A DNA stretch of 62,984 nucleotides, counting the filler, from Pelomyxa schiedti (lineage: Eukaryota; Protista; Evosea), in NCBI GenBank assembly GCA_020536535.1. It is 5 parts of 5 records of this genome, joined end to end, with 100 filler letters (N's around TTAATTAATTAA, not from the genome) between each part and the next. Parts side by side here need not be neighbours in the genome. Positions count along the whole stretch, not along the records: positions 19,421 to 29,641 come from JAHLWZ010000784.1; positions 29,742 to 59,824 come from JAHLWZ010000402.1; 3 more parts are not named here. One strand, 5' to 3'. Shown here one piece after another: positions 24,303-35,800 of the stretch. A program made the position numbers and the translations under genes. Under the pieces are notes generated by a model. That model had not been told where the DNA came from and made no database searches. It saw nothing but the letters and a program-made list of their open reading frames with translations. The first letter of the stretch is position 1. Each line of letters opens with the position of its first letter.

Positions 24303-24345
24303 GGAACCCAAAAAAAAAAAAACAAAAACCTTTGCTTCCTCCCCT

Positions 24346-26331
24346 ATGAGTACCACTCTTCCTGCGGACTGGTGCACCAACCCTGATCTATGGAGTGACA
24401 GTGCCAGTGAGTTGCCACAAAGGAATTTTGGTGGCTTGGTTGGTCCTGTGAAACTCTACTCTGTTTAGCAGCACGTCTAACACAGTGTTTTTGCTAAATG
24501 TTCTCAGAGCAACTTTTATGCTACGATTTCTGGCGGGAAATATTTGATGAGACTTTTTTACCCATGTAGCAGAGGAGACAAACCGGTGTGGCTAAACGTT
24601 TGTTCTTTCATTTGTGTTCATAGAGCTCTATGAAGGTACACACACGAAAATGTTGATGGGTGGGAGGGATTCACTACTTCTCCATCTGAAATCGAACGTC
24701 GGTATGGGTTTTTTCTTGCAGGTACCTTCGGCGCAGTTCGTTGTGTTGTTGTTTTTTTTTTTTTCTTTTTTTGACGATTGTTACAGCTGGTGTTTATAAT
24801 CAAAAAGGCAGTGGGTCTCCTTGGCCTCGCAGTCTAATTTCCAGTTCGACTAGGTACGAATTGGCTCTTCCCCAAACACAGTTGTCCGCTGCATGCACAC
24901 CCCCACTAGATTTTGGGAACTAAACCGAGTGTTGCACTATTCAAACGCAGCAGAAGTTCACCTCATTGTGGCCTCCAGGTGACTGGGATCATGTGCGTGA
25001 ATGTCTTTTAAGGTACTCACTCCTTTTTAGGGAGAAATGTTACCATTGATGAAGGAATTATCCCTTTCAAAGGCTTGGTTGGTTTTCGAGTTTGTATGAG
25101 GGACAAACCTCAGGGAACTGGGATTAAAGTATATTTACTTGTGGATGAGTACTCTGCCATAGTTAAGTTCGTAATGTATGACGGTGATAACCCCTATGGT
25201 ACTTTCAATTGTTTCCTTAATTCTTATTTATTTTCACATGGGAAAAAAGGCGACTTAGATTGGAATAAAACTCTGAAGTCTCCTTTTTTTCGGCATTTGA
25301 ATTTGACTCATGTACGTTTTTTTCTACAGCCCACTTCTCGTCTCACTTTCTGATTTTAGGAATCCCTGCATCCAACAGAAGCAACTGTGTACTCGCTGTT
25401 GAGTGCTGTCCATTGGTGCCAAGCAACTAGACTTTGTATGGACCGGTATTTCCCAATGGCAAACCTGATGAGGAATCTGCATAACTCTGGTTTCGAGTTT
25501 GTAGTTATCATCCAAAGCAGCAGGGCTGGCAAGGTTTGTTTGTGTTCTTAATGCATTCACTGTATTCACAAGTCCCACAGATTTTTTCACACATCCAGTC
25601 ACACGCAATGAGAAGGCCTTTAAAGTTGGACTTGAATATAGACCTAGTGTGGTACACAACTACCGCTTCAACTATCACAATGTCGACCGGGTCAACCAGT
25701 TGCGTAGGTACTCTAAAGCTTTGTTGTACTAACATTCTTCCAAAAAAACCAAAAACACAAGATGTGCGGCCCGTTATGCCGTTGACCATCGGCAACACAA
25801 GTGGACAACAAAGTGTTCCTGGTCGTTTTTGTTGTGGGGAACGCACCAAGCCCGACTGTTGTATTGTGCAGTCAATCACTGTTGAATTAGTATGAGGGAG
25901 TTTGTGAAGGCAGTATGTTATTGCTTGTGTTTGTAATTTCTTTCTTACATCTTGACTGCAGGTCGTCACAGTTATTGCTTCCATGTTTATTTGTCCAATG
26001 ATTCTTTTACTGGACCCCTTCTCTCTATTCAATGACCGGGCTCCGTTATTGAAGCCAGTGCAGATTACACCAGATAATTGCTATCACTGATAGGTTTAAG
26101 GTGTCCATTTCTTTCCATGCCCATTGCAAAAACAGAGGGAAAGTACAGCATTGTATGCTTTGCTGGTTGAATGGCCGCCGGTCTAATACTTATTTTTACT
26201 GCAACATCTGTATGGTGGCACTGCACTCCTCTGCTAAGCTGTGTTGCTGGGAAAGGTGGCACAACAGAACACACCTCTCTTCTACACAAACCGAAAATTG
26301 GTGGCAGGCTAGCTTTATCCCACAAGTATAA
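24346..26331 (+). pseudogene. Intron-containing piggyBac transposase, inactivated
   Basis: FWREIFDETF..HVAEETNR; NVTIDEGIIPFKG (D 25048); DKPQGTGIKVYLLVD; LCMDRYF (D 25441); RPSVVHNYRFNYHNVDRVNQ (D 25685); RQHKW; C-terminal Cys-rich CMLC...TYFYCNICMVALH...CCWERWH. In-frame TAA at 24921 plus small frameshifts. Confidence 0.92.
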
Positions 26332-27296
26332 ATCCCACAAAACCAACGAGTTAAAAAAGAAACAAGCCGGAGTTCTTTGGTGGCTCGAGTAACTTGGGGT
26401 GCACCGATAGGGGGCATCGGCGTGAAAAACATGAAAAAACATCCAAATTTCATCCCCATTAGGCGCCCCAGCAACGAGCGGATTGTGCCGTACAACGCAA
26501 AGAGATATCATGTGTTCAGAAGAATACAAGACCGTGAGGGTGGTGGTGGTTCCACCAATCAGTTGTTGTTTGTCAGGAGGGAATGTCGAGGTGAATGCCT
26601 CTCTCGTGGTTACAACTTCCTCACCATTGAGGGAATGGCAAACTGCAAAGAGCATTTCAGTGTTTTTTGCTTGAGTTGGCTTCCTTTTCTGTCACCGCAC
26701 CTTTCGCCGCTCCAGCACGGGCCTCTGTCCTGCGCCTGCAGGCTGCTGTTGCCTGCGGCAGCACCTGCATTATGGGCCTGGTTGGGCTCCACAGGCGCCA
26801 CCACTCTTCTGCCACCTGGCTTTGGTTTCCCGGTCAGTTTTCCCGGTCAGTGGTTTTTGCCTGTCGCTTCTTGCCATTTCCGTCGCTGCACCTCCACCAA
26901 TGAAACTCACAGCACCAAACATTTTCACCCACTATGGCTTGCAACAGCACAACCTCTGACAGGTTGTGCACTCTTAAGCACCACCAAAATTGTTTTTGAA
27001 CTTGGAATACAAAAACAACTTGCCTCTAATTAATATCTGTCTCTTTGTTAGAGTGGAATGCAACACAAATTCTTTATGTTTATTTTTACTGGGGGCAAAA
27101 AGCCTGTGCTAATTTCACTCATTTTTGGCGCCAAATAAAGGTCAAGAGTCATTGAGTCATTGGATGAATGCCAAATAAGTGGTCTTACATCAAAGCNNNN
27201 NNNNNNNNNNNNNNNNNNNNNNNNNNNNNNNNNNNNNNNNNNNNNNNNNNNNNNNNNNNNNNNNNNNNNNNNNNNNNNNNNNNNNNNNNNNNNNNN

Positions 27297-28430
27297 CGAG
27301 GAAATCACTGTGATGACCTTCTACCGCGGGGGCGACTGCGTGTGCGACAACGAGGGCGAGTGCTGGTCGCTCGAGTGCACCCACACAACCGACGAGGAGC
27401 CAGGGACTGTCACTTTCACCAGCTTCGATACTGCTGATGGAAAGTGTGACAGCGCAACCACACCAGAGGAGATGCCGGAGCAAGAGTGCTTCGTCAGAGA
27501 GGGAGTCACCATGATGTGGCTGTGCTCTGCCCCGTCTCCGGCATCGATTGACTCTTTGTTGGTGTTGCTTCTTGTGGCTTCTTGGTTGTTGCTTCTGTGA
27601 GTTTCAGGAACCAACCTGAATTTCGTTGTACAAAACACCCAGACAAGTTCCCCAATTTAGTATTACCCAAAGTGGCATACACTAAATTCAGGGTTGGTTC
27701 CTGAAACTCACAGAACCTCTGGAAATCCCTGGATCTCCCACAGAATCAGAAGAGGGATTTACTTTGGTGCTGTTACACTGTAAGTGGAAAATCCACCACC
27801 TATTGTGTGATTCTGTAGAATACACAAGCAAACTCTCTGCGAGCACGAGCACGAACACCGAGACTGAGATGACATCTTAGGAAATCTTCATGATCGTTCA
27901 CCTCGATTTCAAGTCCTTTTCGAGTCCTTATAAGCCCGACACACCCCAACCTTAGAATCGCTACCTAATCCCACAAATCAAAACAAACAACAAACAGAAC
28001 AAATAATAGAATCTCTTTCTTGATCTCATTCTTGTTCTATGCTTTGCCGTCACACAACGAACACATCCCACAGAAGCACACACTATTCTCAGGTGAAACC
28101 TCCGTTGCAGCCCTGCTGCCCCACCCTTTTGCAGCACCCTGGTTTTTTCCACACCTGATGCAGTTGGCTGGTCCTTCCAGTGCCTCGTGGCTGAGGGTGT
28201 TGGGGAAGTGCTTTGGAGCGTGGTGCTGGCTCAGAGTCCTGTGGCACATATGTTAGCTATTTTATGCCAACACAAGGTTTTTGGGAATACCAAAACTCCT
28301 CTAAGAATAGAAAGAGCATCATTACACGGCTGTATACAAGCATTGTGTTTCCCCGGAATGTGCCAAGTTCTTTCACTAGATCAATACAAAACTGTTCCCT
28401 GCTGTACACACAGAACCAGGTATATGAACG
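27297..28430 (+). repeat. Rearranged paralog of 20710-22226 (surface-protein 3' exon, inverted middle block, empty ATAT site)
   Basis: Sequence match; block ~27790-28085 is inverted relative to ~21138-21455. Confidence 0.85.
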
Positions 28431-29741
28431 GATTCACAATCCTCTTCATCATCCAAAAGAATTTCATTTTTATCTCTGTAAATAACTTCTATTTTTACAG
28501 GTGAGTGATATCAATGGGGAAAAAGTAATAGTACCTCTTGGTGTGTTCGCCCTTGGTATCTGAGGATCTACTGGCTTGATTCTGATCCCGATCCGCTGGC
28601 TGATTCTGAATAGTCTCTTTCACTTTCCGAGTCAGAAGCAGTGTCGCAGGGTTCTTCAACATCTACTGATGGCATCATCACCATCGTTTCTACAATCGGA
28701 GTTAGTGCGGGAATATAATTTATATAAATTTAAACAGTAGGTAGCACGAAATGAAATGGTGTGACATGTTGTACCTGTTGGCGAACTTGTTGTTGCGTTG
28801 CTTGCTCCACCTACACCACCACCGCGAATTCCGCTTGGTGGCTTGCCGCCAACAACTGAAGAACTACTGACATTTTGGGGTTGCTGCTCAGGTTGAGCTG
28901 CCTTGGACATAATAGCAGGAGACGGCACAATCACCATCGTTTCTACAATTGGAGTTGCAGGTGGAGCAAGCAATGCAACAACAAGTTCGCCAACAGGTAC
29001 AACAGTCACACCATTTCATTTCGTGCTCGTTGTAGTTGCAGTTGTGTCAGTGGAGTCATTGACCGTTTCTGTTTCGGCGGTGATGGTGTAGGTGCTGTGT
29101 GGGCTTCCCTTTGATATTTGTGTGCGAGGCCGCTTCACAGAACACTGGCGGAGGCTAACCAGCGGCGTCTCGAAGTGAGTCTGCGTGATACGATACCGAC
29201 CGCTTGGCCGCACGTGGGAAGTACGGCCGAGTTCGTGGTCCTCCCGGCTGGGTCACCCATTGTTGTTTTATTTTTGTCTATCTTTCTATTTCCAGCGATA
29301 GAAATTAGAAATAAGAAACTTTTCAAAAAAGAGAACATTCCTCAGAGTACTCTGGTATTAGTTGGCGTCTAAATGCGATACCGGAGCCCTCGTCCCAAAC
29401 CACCAGTGAGGCACTCTGTGGCTCTGACACACCTGCAACTATTGGTACACCACACACTGTCATATCACCCCAGTCAGCTTCCACACCCTCTTCAAAGGCA
29501 CTACTACGTTGTTGACTTTTCTATGAGAGTCTTCAGGAATATTTCTTGTCAGTTCAAACGACAGATTTGCAGTGGGTGCAATCCATTGGGGAGGACAGGG
29601 TATTCCTCATTGTGAAGACAACAAGCCCAGAAGATGCATCCNNNNNNNNNNNNNNNNNNNNNNNNNNNNNNNNNNNNNNNNNNNNTTAATTAATTAANNN
29701 NNNNNNNNNNNNNNNNNNNNNNNNNNNNNNNNNNNNNNNNN

Positions 29742-30345
29742 CACGTCCCTTCCCACGCCACACCCCCACCGCCTGTGCAGGTCTGGCCTCACTGAGCTCT
29801 TGGAAGATCGCCACAGCCTGAGCCCAGTCCCTCTCCACGCCCTCGCCACGCAAATAACACACCAACCCGCCCATGTGTACCCCCTTTGGCATGGCGATTG
29901 CAGTGTAGAGAGACGCGGCCCTCGGCTTGTCACACTCCACACCCACGCCGTGCCGATAGCACCACCCGAGCGAGCGCCACCATCGCGTCGCGGGGTTGCC
30001 CAAGTCGGCGGCCATGGCCCACGCCGACACCGCCTTGTCCGCGTCGCGGTTGGAACCAAAACGGGTGCCCTTGTAGTACTCCCGCCCAACCAGGAACAGG
30101 CCATGGCAATCACGTGCAGCGGCAGGGCCTCGTCGAGGTTCGGGCCCCACCCCACGCTGTCCAAAGTGGTAACGCAGAGCCAGTTCTCTCATTGCTTGGG
30201 TGTTGCCTGGTCGATGAGGAGGTGGATGGTGTCTGTTGCCATTTTTTTTATTGCTTAATCTGAAGGTGTGAACATCAATGATGGCCGCAATGTGTGGTGG
30301 TTGTGGTGACGGTACGGTACGGTACGGTAAACGTGGAGCGGACAA
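29742..30345 (-). CDS. Sel1-repeat protein, degenerate, truncated by gap
   Basis: LGWCYRHGVGVECDKPRAASLY and CYLRGEGVERDWAQAVAIFQ. Confidence 0.75.
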
Positions 30346-30709
30346 GGCACTTCACCTGTACCGCGCGGTAGCAGTGTCAGTGGTGGTGGAGATGATAATG
30401 ACAAGACAACCATGATGGCAAAACAGAGAGAGAGCTACTGTGTGTGGAATCGGGATCTGTGGGAGTGATATTATGAATCGTGTCCACGCCAACTCCATCC
30501 ACTGAAAAGGAATACCACTGGAACAGGGTGCCATGTTGATATATCTCTGGCTTCACTATTGTGATCCATTATCTGTTGGGAACCAGGAAAGCCTTTGACT
30601 GTGTGTTTTAAAAATAAAAAGAGCGCATAATAATAATATATAATATATATAATATACTATTATACATAATAGTACATTGTGTACTAGTTAGTTCAACTAT
30701 ATGTATGTA

Positions 30710-32403
30710 CAACCCTCCTCCGGGGATAAAACCAATTTTTATTCCCGCTTGTAGAGTTTCCGGCGCGTTTAGGCAGCGGAGTTAATGAGTTTAAGGAACG
30801 TTTAAGGAACGGAGTTAAAAAGTTTAAGGAAAGGAAATGTTGCGGAGTGTCTTTAAAAGCGAAGCCAAAAAAACCATTTTCATCAAAAAAACCGGGGGCA
30901 AGGGCGCGACTATGCCGGTGGCGGCACTGGTGTACGATGGTTAGGCCATCTTGCGAGAAATTCTATGGGAAAGTTGTGGACTCGTATCGTGTGCTTCTAT
31001 GTGGTTTGAGCTTTTTTTTTTCCCCCATGCACTTTATTTAAGGTTGACCCTTAATCAAAAATACAAACAAAAACCCTGGCAAGAAAATGCCATGGCAAGC
31101 TCCTCGAGGACCCGCAAATCCAGTGGACTCCCTAAGAAATGTGGAGAGTGTAGTCGGTTTGCTCATGTAAGGACCAACCACACAGAAACATTACATTACA
31201 TAGGTACTTCGATGATTATATATCTAACATGTATGTATTCCTACCTCTACCTATGATTTATTGAGCCTATTATTGTAACAGAACAAAACTTGAGGGTGCT
31301 CTTTTGGAAAATATGGCTAAGAAAGGACATTCTACAAATAATGTCAAAGCTGCACCCTGACTCACCCTCTGGCTCCAGCTCTGTCTCGGCCTCCGGCTCT
31401 GGCTCCAACTCCAGCTATGTCTTGGGCTCCAACTCCGGCTCCGGCTCCGGCTCCGACTCCGGCTCCGGCTCCGGCTACGGCTACGGCTACTGCTACTGCT
31501 CCAACTCTGGCTCTATCTCATCCAGCTCTGTCTCAGGCTCCGACTCCAACGCCGACTCCAACGCCGACTCCAACGCCGACTCCAACACCGACTCCAACGC
31601 CGACTCCGTAGCCCTACAGCCTTCTCTGGGTTGTACCCCTCCAACTTCTTACCCTGCAATCCACCTCGTTACGACCCTCCATGGAGCCCAAGACATAGCT
31701 GGAGTTGGAGCCAGAGCCGGAGGCCGAGACAGAGCTGGAGCCAGAGGGTGAGTCAGGGTGCAGCTTTGACATTATTTGTAGAATGTCCTTTCTTAGCCAT
31801 ATTTTCCAAAAGAGCACCCTCAAGTTTTGTTCTGTTACAATAATAGGCTCAATAAATCATAGGTAGAGGTAGGAATACATACATGTTAGATATATAATCA
31901 TCGAAGTACCTATGTAATGTAATGTTTCTGTGTGGTTGGTCCTTACATGAGCAAACCGACTACACTCTCCACATTTCTTAGGGAGTCCACTGGATTTGCG
32001 GGTCCTCGAGGAGCTTGCCATGGCATTTTCTTGCCAGGGTTTTTGTTTGTATTTTTGATTAAGGGTCAACCTTAAATAAAGTGCATGGGGGAAAAAAAAA
32101 AGCTCAAACCACATAGAAGCACACGATACGAGTCCACAACTTTCCCATAGAATTTCTCGCAAGATGGCCTAACCATCGTACACCAGTGCCACCACCGGCA
32201 TAGTCGCGCCCTTGCCCCCGGTTTTTTTGATGAAAATGGTTTTTTTGGCTTCGCTTATAAAGACACTCCGCAACATTTCCTTTCCTTAAACTTTTTAACT
32301 CCGTTCCTTAAACGTTCCTTAAACTCATTAACTCCGTTGCCTAAACGCGCCGGAAACTCTACAAGCGGGAATAAAAATTGGTTTTATCCCCGGAGGAGGG
32401 TTG
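30710..32403. mobile_element. Foldback/MITE-like non-autonomous element, copy 1: 722-bp inverted arms around a 250-bp microsatellite-rich spacer
   Basis: Arms 30710-31431 and 31682-32403 (3 mismatches seen); spacer has (CCGGCT)n, (GGCTAC)n and (CCAACGCCGACT)n. Confidence 0.85.
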
Positions 32404-32839
32404 AAGGGCGATATTCGGTTTTTCATTCAACTTGGAAACTATTTTTTTTCTCCTTTTAATACGCTACACGACGCTCGTAGTAGCGACTTAGCTTTTCCTT
32501 CACAACCAAGTTAATGTCGGTACCGTTGTGGCGGTTTCCAATGTAGTACCAAAGTGTGTCGTTTTGTGCTGCTGCGCATTCTATTGGGTGCACAGCACCC
32601 CTGGGTGTTCCGTGCAGGAACAACTGCCCCGGTACTTACTGTGCAGTTACGTGTGTTGGTGTGGCAGTCATGCGGGTGTTGGGGTGCCTTTGTGGGGGCT
32701 TGTTGCCTACATTGGGCCAAAGCGAGGCTGTGCATCGTGCACCGCTAGTGTACGTTTTTCTGTGAGATCGCCAGTGAAACTGTTACCGTTCCACGTAACT
32801 GCATTCACTCTTCCCCATCGTCGTTACGCCGATGCGTAA

Positions 32840-35800
32840 TTAAAAAATCGCGGGTTCTAAGATGACAAAGACTTGCAGACCCCGGTTATGGGACATCTCA
32901 ACCAGGTCCTCCATCTCGGCATCACCACAGGGGGATCCTCTTTCAGATAAAATCAATAGAACCGGAATTTCACCAGAAAGCAGCCCTTGTGACAGTACTG
33001 TTCCCCCTCCTTGCATTTCGAAACTTTGTATAAATGCTGGAGTGGATATCATTGGTATCTGCTCACAATGAACCCGTGCCATGGAATCATACAGGACAAT
33101 GCTCGCAATGTCTCCAGATTGAGCACGACTGTTTGCAAAGTCCGTTAAGAGTGGCAACATCATGAAGCCCGAGTGGGTGGGTGAAGTGGTTGTCTCGAAC
33201 CTTCAAAACTCAAAGAAGGTGCATTTCAAAACCCTGGACTCTTTTGGAGTGTGCCCGAAGGGTTGCGAGCGCTGCCAGAGTGCCACTATCGGTACTCATA
33301 CTGCGTGCGGCTTGGGAAGGACACCCCGACACAGTGCACGCACGAGGCAGGGCACAGAGGCGAACACGACTGCAAGAACGGCCATACTTGCCCAAAGCCA
33401 TGCCTCCTCTCCGGCAAGCTTGGTTGCGGCGGGAAATGCGGGCTTCCACTTGAACACACAGGGGAGTGCCGGTGCAACTCCCCGCTCCACACCCGGAGCA
33501 TGACTGTGGAAGCCGTAGCTGCCTCCTGAATTGTTGTTTCCTCAGTGTGGGCTACCTTGAACAGTGACTGGAAACTCCCTCCGTTTCGAACTGAGGTTTC
33601 TGGTCCATCAGAAGGTCGAAAGCTTCGACGAGGCTCTCGTTGTAACCGGGTGTGCCAAGGGGATTGCTCATGATGGTGGCGTACTGTCCACAGAACATTC
33701 TGGTCAGGAAGTTGTTGGCGCTGTCGTTGGAGACGATGCTGGATAGCTTCTCCTGGAACTCAGACTCCAGGGCCTCAATGTCTCTCTCTGGAACATCCTT
33801 TGCCACAATCGTGAACCTGCCTTGGAAAAGCCTTCCGTCTCCCTTGATGTATGAAATGCCTTCCTGAAACCTGGAGAACATCTTCTCCGTGTCGCGATCG
33901 ATCCGGAACTCTGTCTTGAAAAGGGTCAGGTTGGAAAAGGCAGCATTGAGGACTGACAAAAGGATGTCTTCCTGTTCTGTGCGCTCCAGTGAGCAAAGAC
34001 CTTCGAAGTCAAGGGCAACGAGGAGGCAGTCTTCAAGTTCCCGCACGCTCATCCAGCACCCGTCGGTGCACCTGCCACCTGCAATGTCAAACAACGCACC
34101 CGTGATGTGGTTGGGTCCCTGTGCTCTGTTTTCCCATCGAAGTCAGCACCCGCACAGGCTTGTGAAAGGAGGCTCCGAAGACAGCCTCCATCAATCCGAA
34201 AGACGGGGTCGACTCCACGGCCCTGGCGGAAGCGTTATTTATCGGAACGAGGTTGTTGTTCTCGGCACGCGCGACCTGGATAGGCACGAGCGAAATGAGG
34301 CACTTGAGCCACTGGCCGAACCCACCCGGCGACAGCAGAGAAACGCGCTCTGTGACCGGTGCGGAATCGCCAAGCAAGTAAACGATATGGTCCCTGAGGA
34401 AGGGTTCTGCCTTCCCAGGGAGCTTGCAGGTTCCGTGGAGGGATGTCAGGTACTTTTCCAAGCACTGGGATACAAGCCCACACTTGCTGGATTCCGAAGA
34501 CGGGATGACGACGGTCAGGCCCCTCGCTGGTGATTTTCCGCGGTCGCACACAGCTTCGATGGGAAACTTGTCAAACATCAGGTGAATGTAGTCGAGAACA
34601 GGGGTCATCGTGCCTCTCTTGTTGCGCCTCTCGGCTTTTTGCAGCTGGAACTGGGACTGGCTTGTCTGGATGGAAACGGCAGCGGACGTGACTTGGCCAG
34701 TGGCGGGGTCGAACTGGACAAGGTGGCTCTGGTGGTTATCCTGATTTATCATGAAGTGGCCCATAACTGTCGAACCCGTGAGCTCGGGGTTGAAGAGAGC
34801 TGTGTCCTGCGTGAGGGTTTTCATGTCTTTCTTTGGATGGAGGAAGCACCGAACCGTCGTGCCGGCCCCGATGTTGGCGCTGGGAGACAGGGACAAAAAC
34901 TCACCACCCAGCCTGCTGAAGTGGATGTCATGGCACCCTTGGATTGCAACGGTGGTCCACACTTATTGATGTTCATAAGCATACAGCTTGACTTGCGCGG
35001 GAAAGACGAACACAACCGATGCGGACGGTGCGATACGCACCCGAAGCAAGCTCGTCGATTCTGGTACTTGGAGAGTGCCTTTTGGACGGTACTGGGAGGT
35101 CGACACCTGGAAATCATAAATGCCAATCAGTGGGTGTGGTTCGTTGAACTGAAAAATAAAGGTGTGGGTCCCGCAGCAGTAATCGGCAGCCACTGCCGCG
35201 TGCCCCGCAACGGGGTAGCACGGCGGAAGGCCGGCACGGTGTGGGTGAACCGCGAAGGCCGCTCTCCTGATCGGCGGAGCTCCTTGAAAATTGGAAGAGG
35301 AATCGTTTGTCTCCACATTCCCGAGCACGAGCATGCTTTTGGCTGACAGGAAAAAGAAACTGAGGATATCGCACAGTGGGGCTTCGAACCGAAGGCAGTC
35401 CATCAAAACCGGCGTAATCTCGGTGGCACGCTCTTTGGACGCCTTCAGAAGTATTCCCTGCGCCGGAATTTCCGTGCCTGCTGGGCACTCCACGTCCAAG
35501 GTAACATCCATCTCTGAAGCACGAACATCGGTGATATGAAACCGTAGTTGCCTCGGGTTATCCCCAGTACAAGGGAACAGAGACTCCATAGCTGCATCTG
35601 CTGACCTGTTAACTGCTTCATGCCATTCTGGGAGGTACTTGCAGTCCATAGGTGCTCCCTTAAAGACCTCTGCAACAATCTCATTTGCCAAGTCGCGCAT
35701 TTGATCCTTGAACTTGCCATATAGAGTAGTACGGATTTCAACAGACTGAACTACACTGATATCTTTGCAAAGACTTGGAAGATCAGTAAGTCTTACCTTC

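Larger units (their letters stand above)
22227..26504 (+). mobile_element. piggyBac-superfamily DNA transposon, 4,278 bp, 187-bp TIRs, ATAT TSD, two divergent genes
   Basis: TIRs 22227-22413 and 26318-26504 (7 mismatches); ATAT at 22223-22226 and 26505-26508; internal DDE_Tnp_1_7-like transposase. Confidence 0.93.
21719..27030 (-). pseudogene. Host gene interrupted by the piggyBac-like insertion
   Basis: Removing 22227-26504 plus one ATAT rejoins an open frame ...TLTVLYSSEHMIYLVLCVQHLKTKVVTWANLQID. Outer limits are approximate. Confidence 0.55.

Noticed and set aside
31290-31751. Gly/Ser-, Pro/Thr- or Glu/Pro-repeat proteins (also 51095-51562)
   Set aside because: Produced by stop-free hexamer microsatellites inside the foldback element; no independent coding support.
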